This document shows positions 40,101 through 51,769 of a DNA stretch of 64,000 bases, piece by piece. Positions within the stretch are counted from its first letter, which is position 1; every line of letters begins with the position of its first letter. The DNA comes from Camelus dromedarius. Taxonomy: Eukaryota. Where the stretch lies: assembly GCF_036321535.1 (NCBI RefSeq), contig NC_087437.1, positions 113,090,001 through 113,154,000 on the forward strand, read 5' to 3'. Position numbers and translations under genes: made by a program. The notes under the pieces were generated by a model, which saw nothing but the letters and a program-made list of their open reading frames with translations, was not told the origin of the DNA and did not search any database.

Positions 40101-41156
40101 AATTATTGGATGAGATTTCTGAGCAAGAATCAAATATTTTGGTCCTCCAGCATTTGTGGAAATTATTTTAGCAGAGAACAGTGGTGGCACCAAGACAATG
40201 ATTTGTTTTTTCAAAATCCAAATTAAGAAATTATATGGCTCTGTGTTTGGCCTTCTAATTAAGAACTTAAACTTTTCTTTAAAACACTGTCTGTGAACCA
40301 GGAGAGCCCAAGAGACAGAACTCGGTATTTTTAAATGGTTTGGGGTTCTTGAGGACCCGAAGAATTGTTTAGTAATAGATCAGTGATCTCCAGCCTCAAA
40401 TGACTTCCACATATATAAATTGCAAGCCAGAAGGAGGCTCTAAGAAGAAGAACAGAAGGGTTTGTTTGGAGAGCACCACAAATAATTGTAAGTTATGGGA
40501 ACAGAGAAGAAAATAAGACATGTTGATTAGAAACATCAGGATGAACTGGCGTTGATTCTGCTGTACAATAGAAAATTGGTTGCAAAGTTGCTTCCAGCAG
40601 ATGCATAGCTTGGTGAGTGAGGAATTGAATTTTATTCCAGGTTCAAATTTAAGTTTGGAAATGAAATTTGGGAAGGTACGCCTCATTTCACCGAAACTAA
40701 GCAACTTTCTGAATACTCTTACATAAGGTGCCCAAGAAAGAACTGATTTGATTATCCAGTACCTGTAGGCTCAGGAAAAAAAAAAAAAAAGTTTTCGTGC
40801 TTTTGAGTTTTAGTATATGGTGAATCCTTTTTTATTCACTTAGTGATGCTCTGTAATGGTCTTCCCTGTGAATCTTTGCTTCCTCTGTGACAGCCTGGTT
40901 CTAACTGCTCAGCTCTTAGAAAAATGGGAGTTTCAACAAAGCCCTTGCTTGTTATACAGCTGCAGAATGTGTCAAAGCCTACATTCTGCTCAGTTAAGTT
41001 GCAGCTGTTAATTTTCCTTCAGGTCCTTAATAATTGGAACAAATATTAAAGTCACATGAATATTTTGTTTCTCCTTTTAAATGAAGAGTTGGTTAGCATC
41101 ATTAATTCTGTATCTTAAAGTGTAATTTGACTACCGGGGGCTAACTTTCTTCTCAG

Positions 41157-41249
41157 AGGTACAGGCCGACATTATCCCATGGCCAGGCAGACCGCCACTC
41201 GGGCAGCCAGGGCCGCGGGCACGATGCTGGCTCTTGGCCGAACCAGCAG
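41157..41249 (+). other. Candidate spliced exon (93 nt, open in all three frames)
   Basis: ggctaactttcttctcag acceptor, CAG|GTGGGC donor; sharp switch from an AT-rich flank to a GC/CpG-rich body. Confidence 0.4.
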
Positions 41250-41421
41250 GTGGGCGTGGTCTTGGGGCTCAGTCGTAGCCGTTTCCTCTGGTCTCCTGCG
41301 AGGAGCCGTGCCCCGGAGCATCTGTCCCCATCCTGGGCTCCACTGGCTGACCCCTGACGCCACACCACTTAAAGGTTTCTCATCCCTCACCCCACTGGCC
41401 TTCCTCTGCTCTAATTAACAG

Positions 41422-41428
41422 GATCACG
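41422..41428 (+). other. Candidate 7-nt microexon, or an alternative donor of the upstream exon
   Basis: ttcctctgctctaattaacag|GATCACG|gtaagt. Confidence 0.3.
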
Positions 41429-42949
41429 GTAAGTGTTCCGGTGTCCCGGCTCCCGGACCTTGGAAGGTCCCTGTTCACGGGTCCTTGCTTGTGAGGTTGA
41501 GCTCGGGAATCTCTGCAGGGCTGGTAATCCGCTCCAGAGAGCTCCTGGCCCTCTGCCCACAGTGGCGGCTCCTACCCTTGGGCTCCTCTGGGCCCTCAGT
41601 GCCCTCACCAGCTCCCATCTCATCCTCAGCACACACCCGGCCCCCCTGAGAAGACAGGGCAGCCCACGAGAAGATAAGCACCACGAAGGCTCACGACTGG
41701 GCTCACGGATGCCCCCAGTCCTGAAAGACGGCCTGGACAATGCCCGGGACACCATCTGCACGCAGCAAAGTGCTGTTTCCCAGGGGATGAGCCTTCCTTC
41801 ACCCTCTTTTCTCCTCCCTTCCTTCCTTTTGGGTAAGAAGACATAGCCTCTTTTCTAGTCAAGGGTGACCTCCACCTGCTTTGTTATTCTCTCCTCTAGA
41901 ACCCTCGTCCTTCTTTGGTTTCCTTGCTAGAATCACCAACTTCGTCTTCCTCTTGACTTCATCATCGCCCCTCTCTAAGTGACATTCTATTTCTCACCTT
42001 TCCCCCCAGCCCATACTAAAGGTCAGAAACTTGTTTTTTTTATCAGTGTAAATGAAAATGCTACCACTTAAAGAAGGGTCAAGCACTCTCATAAGGAGAT
42101 GAGGGGAAACTTTATGGATGAAGTGACATTGGACTATGGCTTTGAAGTGTTCAGAATTAGTTGCCAACATTAAAAAAATGAGAGACTTTAGATTTTAAAA
42201 AAGTAAGATTTTTGCAGGCTGCTCCTGAAAAATTAGAAGATCTGGTAACTCCAGGCCTATGTATCCAAATCTCCTTTCCAGACAGCCTTGCACCAAAGAC
42301 AGATGCAACACATGTCACTTCCTGCCTACTCTCCTGCAACATGACCTTGCCCCTCTGCCACCAAGAGACGGGGTCTGATTCCTCTTGCCTTGAATCTGGA
42401 GAGAATCTTGTCCTGGGAGATTCTCTTGTAACCGATAGAAGACAGGAGAAGAGAGGCTGCTTGAGCTCTGAAGCAAGGAACACGGACAATCTGCTAGAGA
42501 GGGGAACTCCTTCCATGGTTGGCATGTGGAAGTAATGCTTTGTAATTCTGTGTACAAAGACCCCAGCAGTTACATAATGCTCATGGGCAGACACCCTCTC
42601 TGGTCCCTGTTTGTAGAGCTGGAAGTTTTTGTGCTGAACTTGGATGTGGGCTGTTTGCATTACAGGTGGAGAGGACAGGCTGAGCTGCTGCTGACCTCTC
42701 TGCACGCTGTCCTTCAGTCAAGTGCAACTACCTTCAGACTCTCACCTGTCCCCGCAAAACCGCCACGATCGTCCGAACAAAACCCACCTAAATTTCCCCA
42801 CCGTCCATGAAATCCGCACTCCAGAAGACTGAGAGACAGGCAGAGATTAAAGACCCTTTGCTGATGAAATATTTACTGCCATATTTCTGAGAGATTAATT
42901 GACATCAGACTATGAAGAGGGGGTAGGCGCAAAATGCCCCCTATAAAAA

Positions 42950-43577
42950 TATATTTAAAAATCTAATTACAAGCATAGTTCACATTGATTGCAGAAAACA
43001 CAGAGAACCACAAAGAGGAAAATGAAAATGACCTCTGTCCTCACACCCAGAAAACAGCCTGGTAAGTATTTAGGCTACATCCCTCTCCTGTATTTTTTAT
43101 TCATAAAAAAGGGACAATATATTCCAAAGATCAGATCTTATTGTAACCACCTGTCCTGCTTTATGGCATTGTACACATTTTCCCATGCTTCTAAATATTC
43201 ACCTACAGTATAATTCTATGTGTAATTTTGTACATAGTATTCTATTGCATGCATGTATCATAATTCATGTAATCATCTCCTATTATTTGATATTTAGGTT
43301 GTTTCCAGTTTTCTCTTATTTTCCATAACAGAGCAACGAACATCCCTCCTGGCCTACGTGTCTTTTCACTTGTTTGTGATGATTTCCTGGGTAAATGTCT
43401 AGAAATGAGATCACTGAGTCAAAGGTACAATATTTTCAAGGCTTTTGACACTTATTGCCAAATTGTCCCCTAGAATCACATTCTCACCAACTACATATAG
43501 GAGTTCACCAAACCTACACCAACTGGAGAACATTTTTTATGATTTGGTAAACCAACAGTGCGAGTACTTTGGATTCA
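42950..43577 (-). mobile_element. Ancient L1ME-type 3' fragment
   Basis: ATAGTATTCTATTGCATGCATGTATCATAATT...TATTTAGGTTGTTTCCAGTTTT...CTGAGTCAAAGG...GCCAAATTGTCCCCTAGAA. Confidence 0.8.
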
Positions 43578-43590
43578 ACAATAATATGCC

Positions 43591-43823
43591 TCAGGATTTC
43601 AAAACTGTAGACTAGATAAACAAGATTATACTGTATAGCACAGGGAAATATATACAAGATCTTGTGGTAGCTCACAGAGAAAGGAATGTGACAATGAATA
43701 TATAGATGTTCATGTATAACTGAAAAATTGTGCTCTACACTGGAATTTGACACAACATTGTAAAATGATTATAAATCAACAAAAAAATGTTAAAACAACA
43801 ACAAAAAAAACAAACAAAAAAAC
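43591..43823 (+). mobile_element. Young lineage-specific L1 3' end with poly(A) and TSD
   Basis: CTAGATAAACAAGATTATACTGTATAGCACAGGGAAATATATACAAGATCTTGTGGTAGCTCAC...; A/C tail; TSD ACAATAATATGCC at 43578-43590 and 43824-43836. Confidence 0.95.
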
Positions 43824-45779
43824 ACAATAATATGCCGAGAGATGATGACAAAGCACTGAAATGGCTGGGAGAGCAGAGGAAATCTCCAAGAATGCAGGAC
43901 GGCCCCGCTGCAGAGGAGGAAAGTGATTTGCCCAAAATTCTACAGGTAATCAGTGGGTATCTCATTGACACTGGACTTGCATGTAGTCTCTGGCTTGCAA
44001 CACAGTGACCAAGTCTGGTCACCACGTGGGTCAACGAGTTGATGGTTATCCTAGGCTTCCTTGACCTCCCCTTGCACCTTCCGTTTTACAGACTTGTACT
44101 TAGGCAGCTGCCCGTACTGGATTTGAAGGATCATGATGGCAAAATTTCTCCAGGACCCCCAAACAGCGCCAAATCTTCTCCATGTTGGCTTTTCAATATA
44201 TATTCTGAGTCTGGTCAAATTGCCGACAATGAGCCTGGTTTTAGACTCTGAGAAGGACTAAACTAAGGTCTGTGAGCTGGAGCAGCGGTCCTGGCAGAGC
44301 AGAGCCCTGGCTCCCTGAGGAAGCATGCTCCTCGAGCTCAGGATGCAGGAATGCCGCAGACACAGGCAGCTGGGAAAGCTAAGAGATGCGCTGGATGCGT
44401 GGTCCCTTGAAAGCTCACCGCCTCACCTCTCACAGCATCCTTATGCAAACTGTGGCTCATCGCTAGTTCTTTAGGCACTGGTGTCCACACCACCGCCCAC
44501 AGCCCGTGGACCTCCGTTCTCCCCCGGTTTCTGTGACACCCATCTCTCTCTCGCTCGTGATTTTTGTCCTACCTTCTTGTGTCTACTTCAAAGTCTTTAC
44601 TTTTCCTAAAGCCTTAAATATATGGCACAAGTCTCAAATCGTGAACTCAGAAATGTTCATTATTTTTAATTTTTTTAAAGAAAGCTAATTTTACATTCTG
44701 TTTCAAGATCTTGTTTTGCCAGATAGTGGGAACTGAAATGTCAGCAAACTCAGGGTCATCTCAAATCCTTCCCCACTGCGCTGCTCACCCCCTGCCCCGG
44801 GATCCTCGTTCCTTCTGAGGGGAGGGGGCTGGCCTCTGGTGACCAGTCATCACCTTCGGTGCACAGGGGCACACCCTGAGGCTCCTGTCATTCCTGTCAG
44901 GTCCCTGTCCTCAGCAGTGTATGTCACGGGAGTGTCCTCCTGGGACCCTGAGCTCTTGTCAGAGCTGGCTCTCTGTCTGTAGGCTCTGTGCTACCCTGGG
45001 AAACCACTAGTTACTCTCAGAACTCATGTGGGTGCAGGGGACTGGTGCCCCAGGACTGGGCCATCTGCTTGGTGACATGCCACCCCGTTTTTGTTTCTCC
45101 AGCACTCATGCTTGCCATGGAGACCCCCTTATAGGCTCACCCCCTTTCAGGAATCCTCGTGAAAAGAACCCTGAAGAAGAACAGCGCCTCACACATGGAC
45201 TCCCCTGGCCTCTGGGGCATTTCTGTCATTCCCGTTCCCTCTCTTGCCCCACCCCACTGTCCCATAGCTCCCCACTACTTCCCACCTTGGCTGGATCGAA
45301 TGAAAAAAACCTAACTTTAGAATGCCTCAATTTATAGAATATGAGAAGTCAGTGGTGGGCAGAAAAGAATGTCTGGAACTAAAAACACTACTTTTAACAC
45401 ATCACACTATTGTGCTTCCCATGGACGTAGTCTCAACCCTTGACGCTTTGAAATTATGAGATTGCCCTTCTGTAGGTCCAGTCTACTCCCATCATCTCTG
45501 TATAGTTTTACTCCCGGCAGCTACCCCTGATGGGATGGGGCCACACACATTACATGGCCAAGACAGAGATCAATTTCTACCTCTCTTATTATGTTGTTCA
45601 TCCCAATAGAATAAGAATACATCCCTCACCTCCACCCACCTTGACTCCCCGAGACCTACCCTGCCCTCTGCCCCTTCTTTCATGGAACTCTACTGGACCA
45701 CTCGGTCGCTTGATAATTGCATTCTTGTTAAGTCCCAGAGCGCTCCCTGTCATCCCCTCGCTTCCCACTGAGCAGGGGC

Positions 45780-45900
45780 TACACATCATCCCTGTCCTGC
45801 ACTGAAGTGCCCCGCTGCCCCTTTCATTGCTGTATCCCAGGACCTAGTACACTGCAGGGCACACAGTAGGTCCTCATCAGACATTTTCTTAACAGTTGAA
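45780..45900 (+). mobile_element. L2 3' terminal fragment
   Basis: TTCATTGCTGTATCCCAGGACCTAGTACACTGCAGGGCACACAGTAGG. Confidence 0.6.
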
Positions 45901-46218
45901 TTCTGTTAACAAGGTTTGAGCTTCATCAAAACAAAAGGCTATGTCTTAACCCCTGTAGAGAATCATGGCCTGAAAAGTTCACAGCTGCTCTGAACGAGCC
46001 TCTGCGTGACGACGAGGGTGAAGGGATCCAAGGGTACTGCGGTCATCCTGGAATGGAGAGAGTATTTTGAAGCTAGGAAAGTGCTGATAAAACATTCCCA
46101 TCACTAAATGCTCAAGCAGACGGTATCTGGGTCCTCTACAGTAATTCCTTCATTGGTGAGAATTTTTTTTAATAGGAAAATACTTTTTAATATTGATCAT
46201 GATAACATTTCCTTTGTT

Positions 46219-46406
46219 CTTTTTTTTTTAAACTTTTTAAATTGAGTTATAGTCATATTACTATGTTGTGTCAAATTCCAGTGTAGAGCACAATTTTTCA
46301 GTTATACATGAACATCCATATTTTCATTGTCACTTTTTTTTCGCTTGAGCTACCACAAGGTCTTGTATATATTTCCCTGTGCTATACAGTATAATCTTCT
46401 TTATCT
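46219..46406 (-). mobile_element. Young lineage-specific L1 3' end (same family as 43591)
   Basis: Poly-T...TGTTGTGTCAAATTCCAGTGTAGAGCACAATTTTTCAGTTATACATGAACAT...CCCTGTGCTATACAGTATAATCTT. Confidence 0.95.
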
Positions 46407-46464
46407 TTGATTTTGTTTATTGGGTTATCTGTAGTGTAACAGAACCATCCCACATGTGTCTGAA

Positions 46465-46760
46465 ACCAATCAACCAAATAATGAGCATATATTGAGTACC
46501 TAATGTATGCCTAGCACTGGGCATGGAGAAATGGAGAACGGAAAAGAAATGAAGAGTGCATCAAGAGAAGTGCTTGTCTCCCAAAGAGTCTACAGTCTAG
46601 CTGGGGGGTCAAGGCATACGTACCCCAGGGGAAAAACTAGGTTACACTGTAGAGACTCAAAAAGAAATTCTCACAGCTAAAGAACTAGGAGAGGAGAACT
46701 TCCTGGAGGGATCAATGAAAGCCTCACAGACAGGATGGGGCTTTTGCTGGAGCTTACATT
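46465..46760 (-). mobile_element. L2 LINE 3' end
   Basis: TATTGAGTACCTAATGTATGCCTAGCACTGGG...AAAGAGTCTACAGTCTAGCTGGGG. Confidence 0.65.
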
Positions 46761-46927
46761 CCTAGGTCCTTGGTAACAGGAGGATGCTCTTGCTAACGTC
46801 AAAGAGCTTTGAGCATAAAGAGCAATAACTCTGGGTGTTTTATCAAATGCAAAATGTATTAACCACATAAGCCTATTAAATATTGTTCTTCAAACACCAC
46901 TTGTCCAACCAAGGACACAGAACTTAG

Positions 46928-47062
46928 CAGGTGAGGGTGTAGCTCAAGTGGTAGGGTGCCTGCTAAGCACGCACAAGGACCTGGGCTCAATCCCCAGTAC
47001 CTCCTCCAAAAGTAAATGAGCCTAATTATCTCCTCTCCAACCCCCAAAACTAAGCAAAAAGC
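46928..47062 (+). mobile_element. tRNA-derived SINE (camelid Vic-1-like)
   Basis: GAGGGTGTAGCTCAAGTGGTAG (A box)...CTGGGCTCAATCCCCAGTACCTCC (B box), CCTAATTATCTCC, A-rich tail; TSD aggacacagaacttag/aagacatagaacttag (14/16). Confidence 0.9.
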
Positions 47063-48589
47063 AAGACATAGAACTTAGGAATTTACTTACAAATTTAAAA
47101 ATTCCCTGATGTTTAAACATTGGTTACAAACTTCTTTAATCAAATTTTCCTAATTATCCACTTGAAATCGCAAGTCTATTATACAGGGTTCTTTTATATG
47201 CTTCAAAAAATTATTATCACAATGATGATGAAACTTTGTTATAATTACACTTAAAATAATAAAGTACTACTATAAAGGTACTAGAATTGTGGACCTGATA
47301 CGTTTTCTGTATTATCTTTCTACTTATTTTTACTTTATCTGCTCCTGAGATGACACTGATTACATAAGGGTTATGATAACGTGTCAGACCAGAAGTCCAA
47401 GCGCTACCTCAGCCCAGTCTGAGCAGCAGGTTCTAGGCTCTGTGCTGACTGATTCTTGTTGAGATGTAGGATGTGGTTACAACACCCAAGGAAATGCAAT
47501 TCTGAGCTTAGAAACTGGGTCCCTTTTATAGTTGAATTTGGATTGCTGTGTTTGGTGGATACCTTCCCTTTATCTTGCTGTATCCACTCTTCCCCATCCT
47601 CACCCTGATCTCTGCCTCGGGGGCCTGACCCTATGGCTCAGGATTGTGCAGATGCCTTTAACCAAACCCAGGCCGTGGCTGCAGCTGGTGATCAGCAGAG
47701 CGTAGCTTTTCCTTTATTAAAATTGGCATCATTAGTATCACTGCCTGACTTCGTGTATGCTTGCTCAGGCGAGCTGGCGATTTGCGAGGTCGTGTCTGCG
47801 CGGACACACTGGAGAACTAAGGCAATTATGCAGATAATTCAAGCAAGAGCCTGGCTTTGCCTAAGCTCCGTAATCACCTGAAGAGCCTGTTTTTCAGAGC
47901 ATCTCCAATGGCACATTCAGACAAAAACAATTTTGTTTTCTGGATGATTGCCTCACTCTTCTGGCCGTGTGACGTTAGCCCCAGTGGAAAAGTGATATTC
48001 ATCACGCTCTGGTCCTGGAGCCTGTGGAATCAATAAACAAGATGTCGCGATTGGGACCGGTAACAGCTCCAACTGTGCACAGCAAGAAAAGAAAGAAAAG
48101 AAAAAGGAAAAGAGCCCAGAGCTCTTCGCTCTCCATGTGCACAGCTCCCTTCTCCCCCTGCTCCCACCTCATGGCCGGGATTCATGCAAGGCCTAGCAAG
48201 CCAGCCGGGACCCTGTCGCTCCCTCGTCACTCTTCTGGCTGATGGTCACCAGGGCAGAGGCACATCTTCCACGGAGCTCCTTTAAGTAACACAGGAACCT
48301 CCCTGCTCATACCTGGCTGATGAAAATCTTAAGTCAGTGTTAGCAGAACAATTGGCCACTTTGTGCCAACCGGCTTGGTGGTTCTTACTTGGGCCACGAG
48401 CATAGTCAGGACACATGGGCAGCTGTCTTGATGATTTGATTTGGAAGGTGCGAAGGACTCTTGGCCTTCCAGGGTGCCTGGAATTCTGCTGTTAGAGATA
48501 TATTTGTTTAGCTGTCCAAGTGTTGTCTACCTCTAAGAGCCTCCTATTGAGAAGGGGTAGCTCCTTAGGCCATATAAATACAAATGAAA

Positions 48590-48790
48590 AGAGTTAATGC
48601 TCATTCAATGTTTGTACTATGTTACTTCATCCTCACAACATTCACAGGAGGGAGGTACTGCTATTATCCCCATTTCACAGGTGTGGGGTCCAAGGCACAG
48701 GGAGGTTCAGTAACTTGCCTCAAACCACACAGCAAATAAGTGGAGGAGCCAGCATTGAACCCGGGGAGTCCACTTGGAGTCCACGGCATC
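48590..48790 (-). mobile_element. MIR SINE
   Basis: ATCCTCACAACA...GGTACTGCTATTATCCCCATTTCACAG...AGGCACAGGGAGGTTCAGTAACTTGCC. Confidence 0.85.
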
Positions 48791-49164
48791 ACTACTCCTC
48801 TCTTCTTCCTCTTGGGGTCGAAGTCAGTTCTCTCTCCAGTGGTGACAATTCAGCAGGGTAAGCGGGTGCACTGCAGCGGGCTTTGGTGGGAGGGGGGAAA
48901 TGCAGATGAAGCAGAATCCAGGACAGAGATGAGGGGTCAGGGGCCTCAGCAGCGCATGTCAAGGTCTTCTGGAGACTGCTCAGGGATCTCTGGAAGAGGA
49001 CAGGCCCCTCCCATTCTGGGTGGCCTTGAGTGGACCCAGCTGGGAGAAGGGAGTGTCTCACTTTGCCCACGGGCCACACCGTTGAGTGAACAGACTGCAA
49101 GAGGGGACCAGATACCCACATGAAGCAGGATACGCTCAGTGGAGCCCAATTCCTTCGATCAGTT

Positions 49165-49350
49165 TCTGGCTCTGCTGCTTTTTAAAAGGGAGACCCTGGG
49201 AAAGTAAAGTTTATCCTCTCTGGGACTCAGTTTCCTCTCCTGTGAAAGGGGAATGAGGATGGCAAAGGTACCTAACCCTTCGGGTGGTTGTGAGGACAGA
49301 ATAACTGAGTGGTGTCCTGCCCCGAGCTGGGTGTTCAGTGGTGCTTGTCA
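49165..49350 (+). mobile_element. MIR SINE
   Basis: CCTCTCTGGGACTCAGTTTCCTCTCCTGTGAAAGGGGAATG...GGTTGTGAGGA. Confidence 0.8.
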
Positions 49351-49878
49351 GCGTGTGGGACAGTGCAGAGGGGCTGGGTGCAGGGAGGGGTGTCTCTGAT
49401 GGATGTGGGAAGATGCTAGGGAGGGGTCTGTTTAAACTAGGGGAAGATTGGGGAAGACTCGGAGGAGATGGAGATGGGCTAGGTGGGCTGGCACACTTGG
49501 CGGGGCAGTGGGGTGGTGTGGAGGGCAGAAGTCGTGGATCACAGAGGGAAAGGAGGTGACACCTCCAGCAAGCTGGTGATTGACTTCTTGGTGCCATCTG
49601 GACTACCTGGAGATTCACTCCACGATTCTATCATTCCCCACGAGGCCAGGGCCTCCGCCAGGCCCTGCCACTCGTCCTCCTGACTGTAGCCTTGTGCTGC
49701 TTCTGCCCCTCCCCAGAGTGGGTCTTTGCCCAGGGGCTCTGTCTTTGGCCTTGGGACTGAGAGCTTTGTTTGGTGGAGCGGTGGGATGACAAGCAGACTT
49801 CAGATGTTCGGAAGTGAGCAAGTGACTGCAAGATGTGGTGGTGGGTGAAGAACTTGTGATCAAGAATCTTGGCTGTGA

Positions 49879-50437
49879 AGATGATGTGGTACATAACTGC
49901 AGAAGAGTATTATTCAGGCATGAAAAATAAAGAGATCCTGCCATTTGGGGCAACAGAAATGGACATTGAGGGCATTATGCTAAGTAAGATAAATCAGGCA
50001 GAGAAAGACAAATACTCTATGCTACCACTTCTATGTGGAACCTAAAAAAGCCAAAACTGTAAAAACAGAGAATAGAATGGTGGTTATCGGGGGCCAGGGG
50101 TTGGGGTGAGGCATTGACGGGGGAGTCGTTATTTAAGGGTACAAACTTGCAGCTAGTAGTTTAAAAAGCTGGGGAGATCTAACGCACAGCATAGAGACTG
50201 CAGTTAACATCGCTGTACTGGGCAGCTTAAAGTTGCTGGGAGTCTAGACCTTCATTGGTCTCCCCACAGAAAAGGAGCGCTAATTACGTGATGTGATACA
50301 GATGCTGGCAATACTACTGTGATAATCATTTTGCAATACATAAATGTATCAAATCAGCAGGTTGCACACTTTGACAGGATGTTATATGGTGATTATATCT
50401 CAGTAAAAGTTTTAAAATTTAATTTAATTTTTTTAAA
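49879..50437 (+). mobile_element. L1MA-type 3' end with TSD
   Basis: GAGATCCTGCCATTTG...GAGGGCATTATGCTAAGT...CAGAGAAAGACAAATACT...; TSD caagaatcttggctgtga (49861) / caagaatcttggccatga (50438). Confidence 0.93.
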
Positions 50438-51049
50438 CAAGAATCTTGGCCATGAGTGATGGTCGGCTGGGGAGAGCTTGGGCTCAGGAGAAGGTGGTTT
50501 TGTAACATCAGGAGGAAGCCTGTGTGTTGAGGGGAGGCAGAGAAAGGCGTGAGAGGAAGGTTCTCTGGGGTGAGGGCAGACACGGGACAAGAGCTTAGCA
50601 GAAAGCTGTTGGCCCAGAGAGAGTGGGCACGCTGCTTTCCTGAAGCTGGGTGGAAGGAAAAGACGACAGGCTTGGGGAGAAGTAGTTATCAAAGACGGAG
50701 AGTGATCGTTGGTGTCAATGAAGATGACTCACTTTTCACGACCAGCTTTCTCCACAGTCCTGGGGGGGAGTCATCAGCCAGGAATGAGAGAACATACTAA
50801 AAGTTGCAAAACAGTAATTCCGCGTAAAACCGTACATTTACCTCTGACGTCACGGTTCATGGAGCGCTCGTCGCGTGCCATGTCATTTAAATAGAGAGGA
50901 GACACCTGAAACAGCTACCGAGGTGAGCCGGCTTTGCAGGGCCCGGGTGTTCACAGAAAGTTTTGTCCACAAGGAGAGACTCCGGCAGGGAATCAGTGGG
51001 CAGCAGGCACGAGGGCTACGAGGGTCCCTCCATTTAGAGAGATTACGGT

Positions 51050-51670
51050 AGAGAAGCAGCTGTGGCCAGGACCCAAGCCAGGGCTGTTTGGGAGAACTTT
51101 TAAGGAGAGTCTAATTTATCAGGTTGGAGGTTTAAATTCAGAGGTGGTCCAAGTCCAGCGTTTTCAAGGACAAGCAAACGAAATGTACCACCTTGGCCAG
51201 GACTGTTGGGTGAAGGAGGGGGGTAACCTGTCATTATGTGTGGTCTCAGTGTCCCCAGAAACCCCGCTGCATCAAAGAAGACTCAGTGTGCCGACCTCAC
51301 TTCTCTTGCGTGTCACCTGGCACATTTATGCAAGAAGACAGAATCACCAATCCTTTTACAAAATTATCTCTTTAGGGGAAAGAAAACAGATTATATCAGA
51401 GCAAAATCAGGCCTGGCCAATTTATTAGAGTTTGACATGAAGGTAAATCCCCCTGTGGGTATAACGTATATGGACTTTCAACAAACCTTTGTCTTGTCAG
51501 TAGCCGCTATGAGATACCGACTTCCTGTGAAATAGGTGAGGATGTAAATTTATGAAGACAGATCAGTTTAGGGAATGAATGTGCCCCCTGGTCAGGCAGC
51601 ATGGCAGCCCAGAAAGGGTGAAATCTCCAGGGTTACCAAAGACACTAAATTCTTTGGTACTAAGTCATCA
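51050..51670 (+). mobile_element. CR1/L3 LINE reverse-transcriptase fossil
   Basis: Residual motifs DLTSLACH (~SLTSxxCK), KSGLANLLEF (~KSCLTNLLEF), VGITYMDFQQTF (~VDxIYLDFxKAFD), ISRVTKDTKF (~ISKFADDTKL) in the correct order. Confidence 0.75.
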
Positions 51671-51769
51671 AATTGATGGATAGGGACTCTAGGTACATTT
51701 GGTAGGGACCCACAAGCGCCACACACACATTTATTGGTCCCTAATAATAGTAACAACAATCCTGACTTC

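Noticed and set aside
42157..42705. 182-aa minus-strand ORF
   Set aside because: No recognisable motif; non-ATG start; the length alone is not enough evidence
46928..47005. tRNA gene
   Set aside because: It is a tRNA-like SINE head with an A-rich tail, a TSD and a degenerate B box
48590..49350. Inverted MIR pair as a hairpin
   Set aside because: Copies are too diverged for stable pairing
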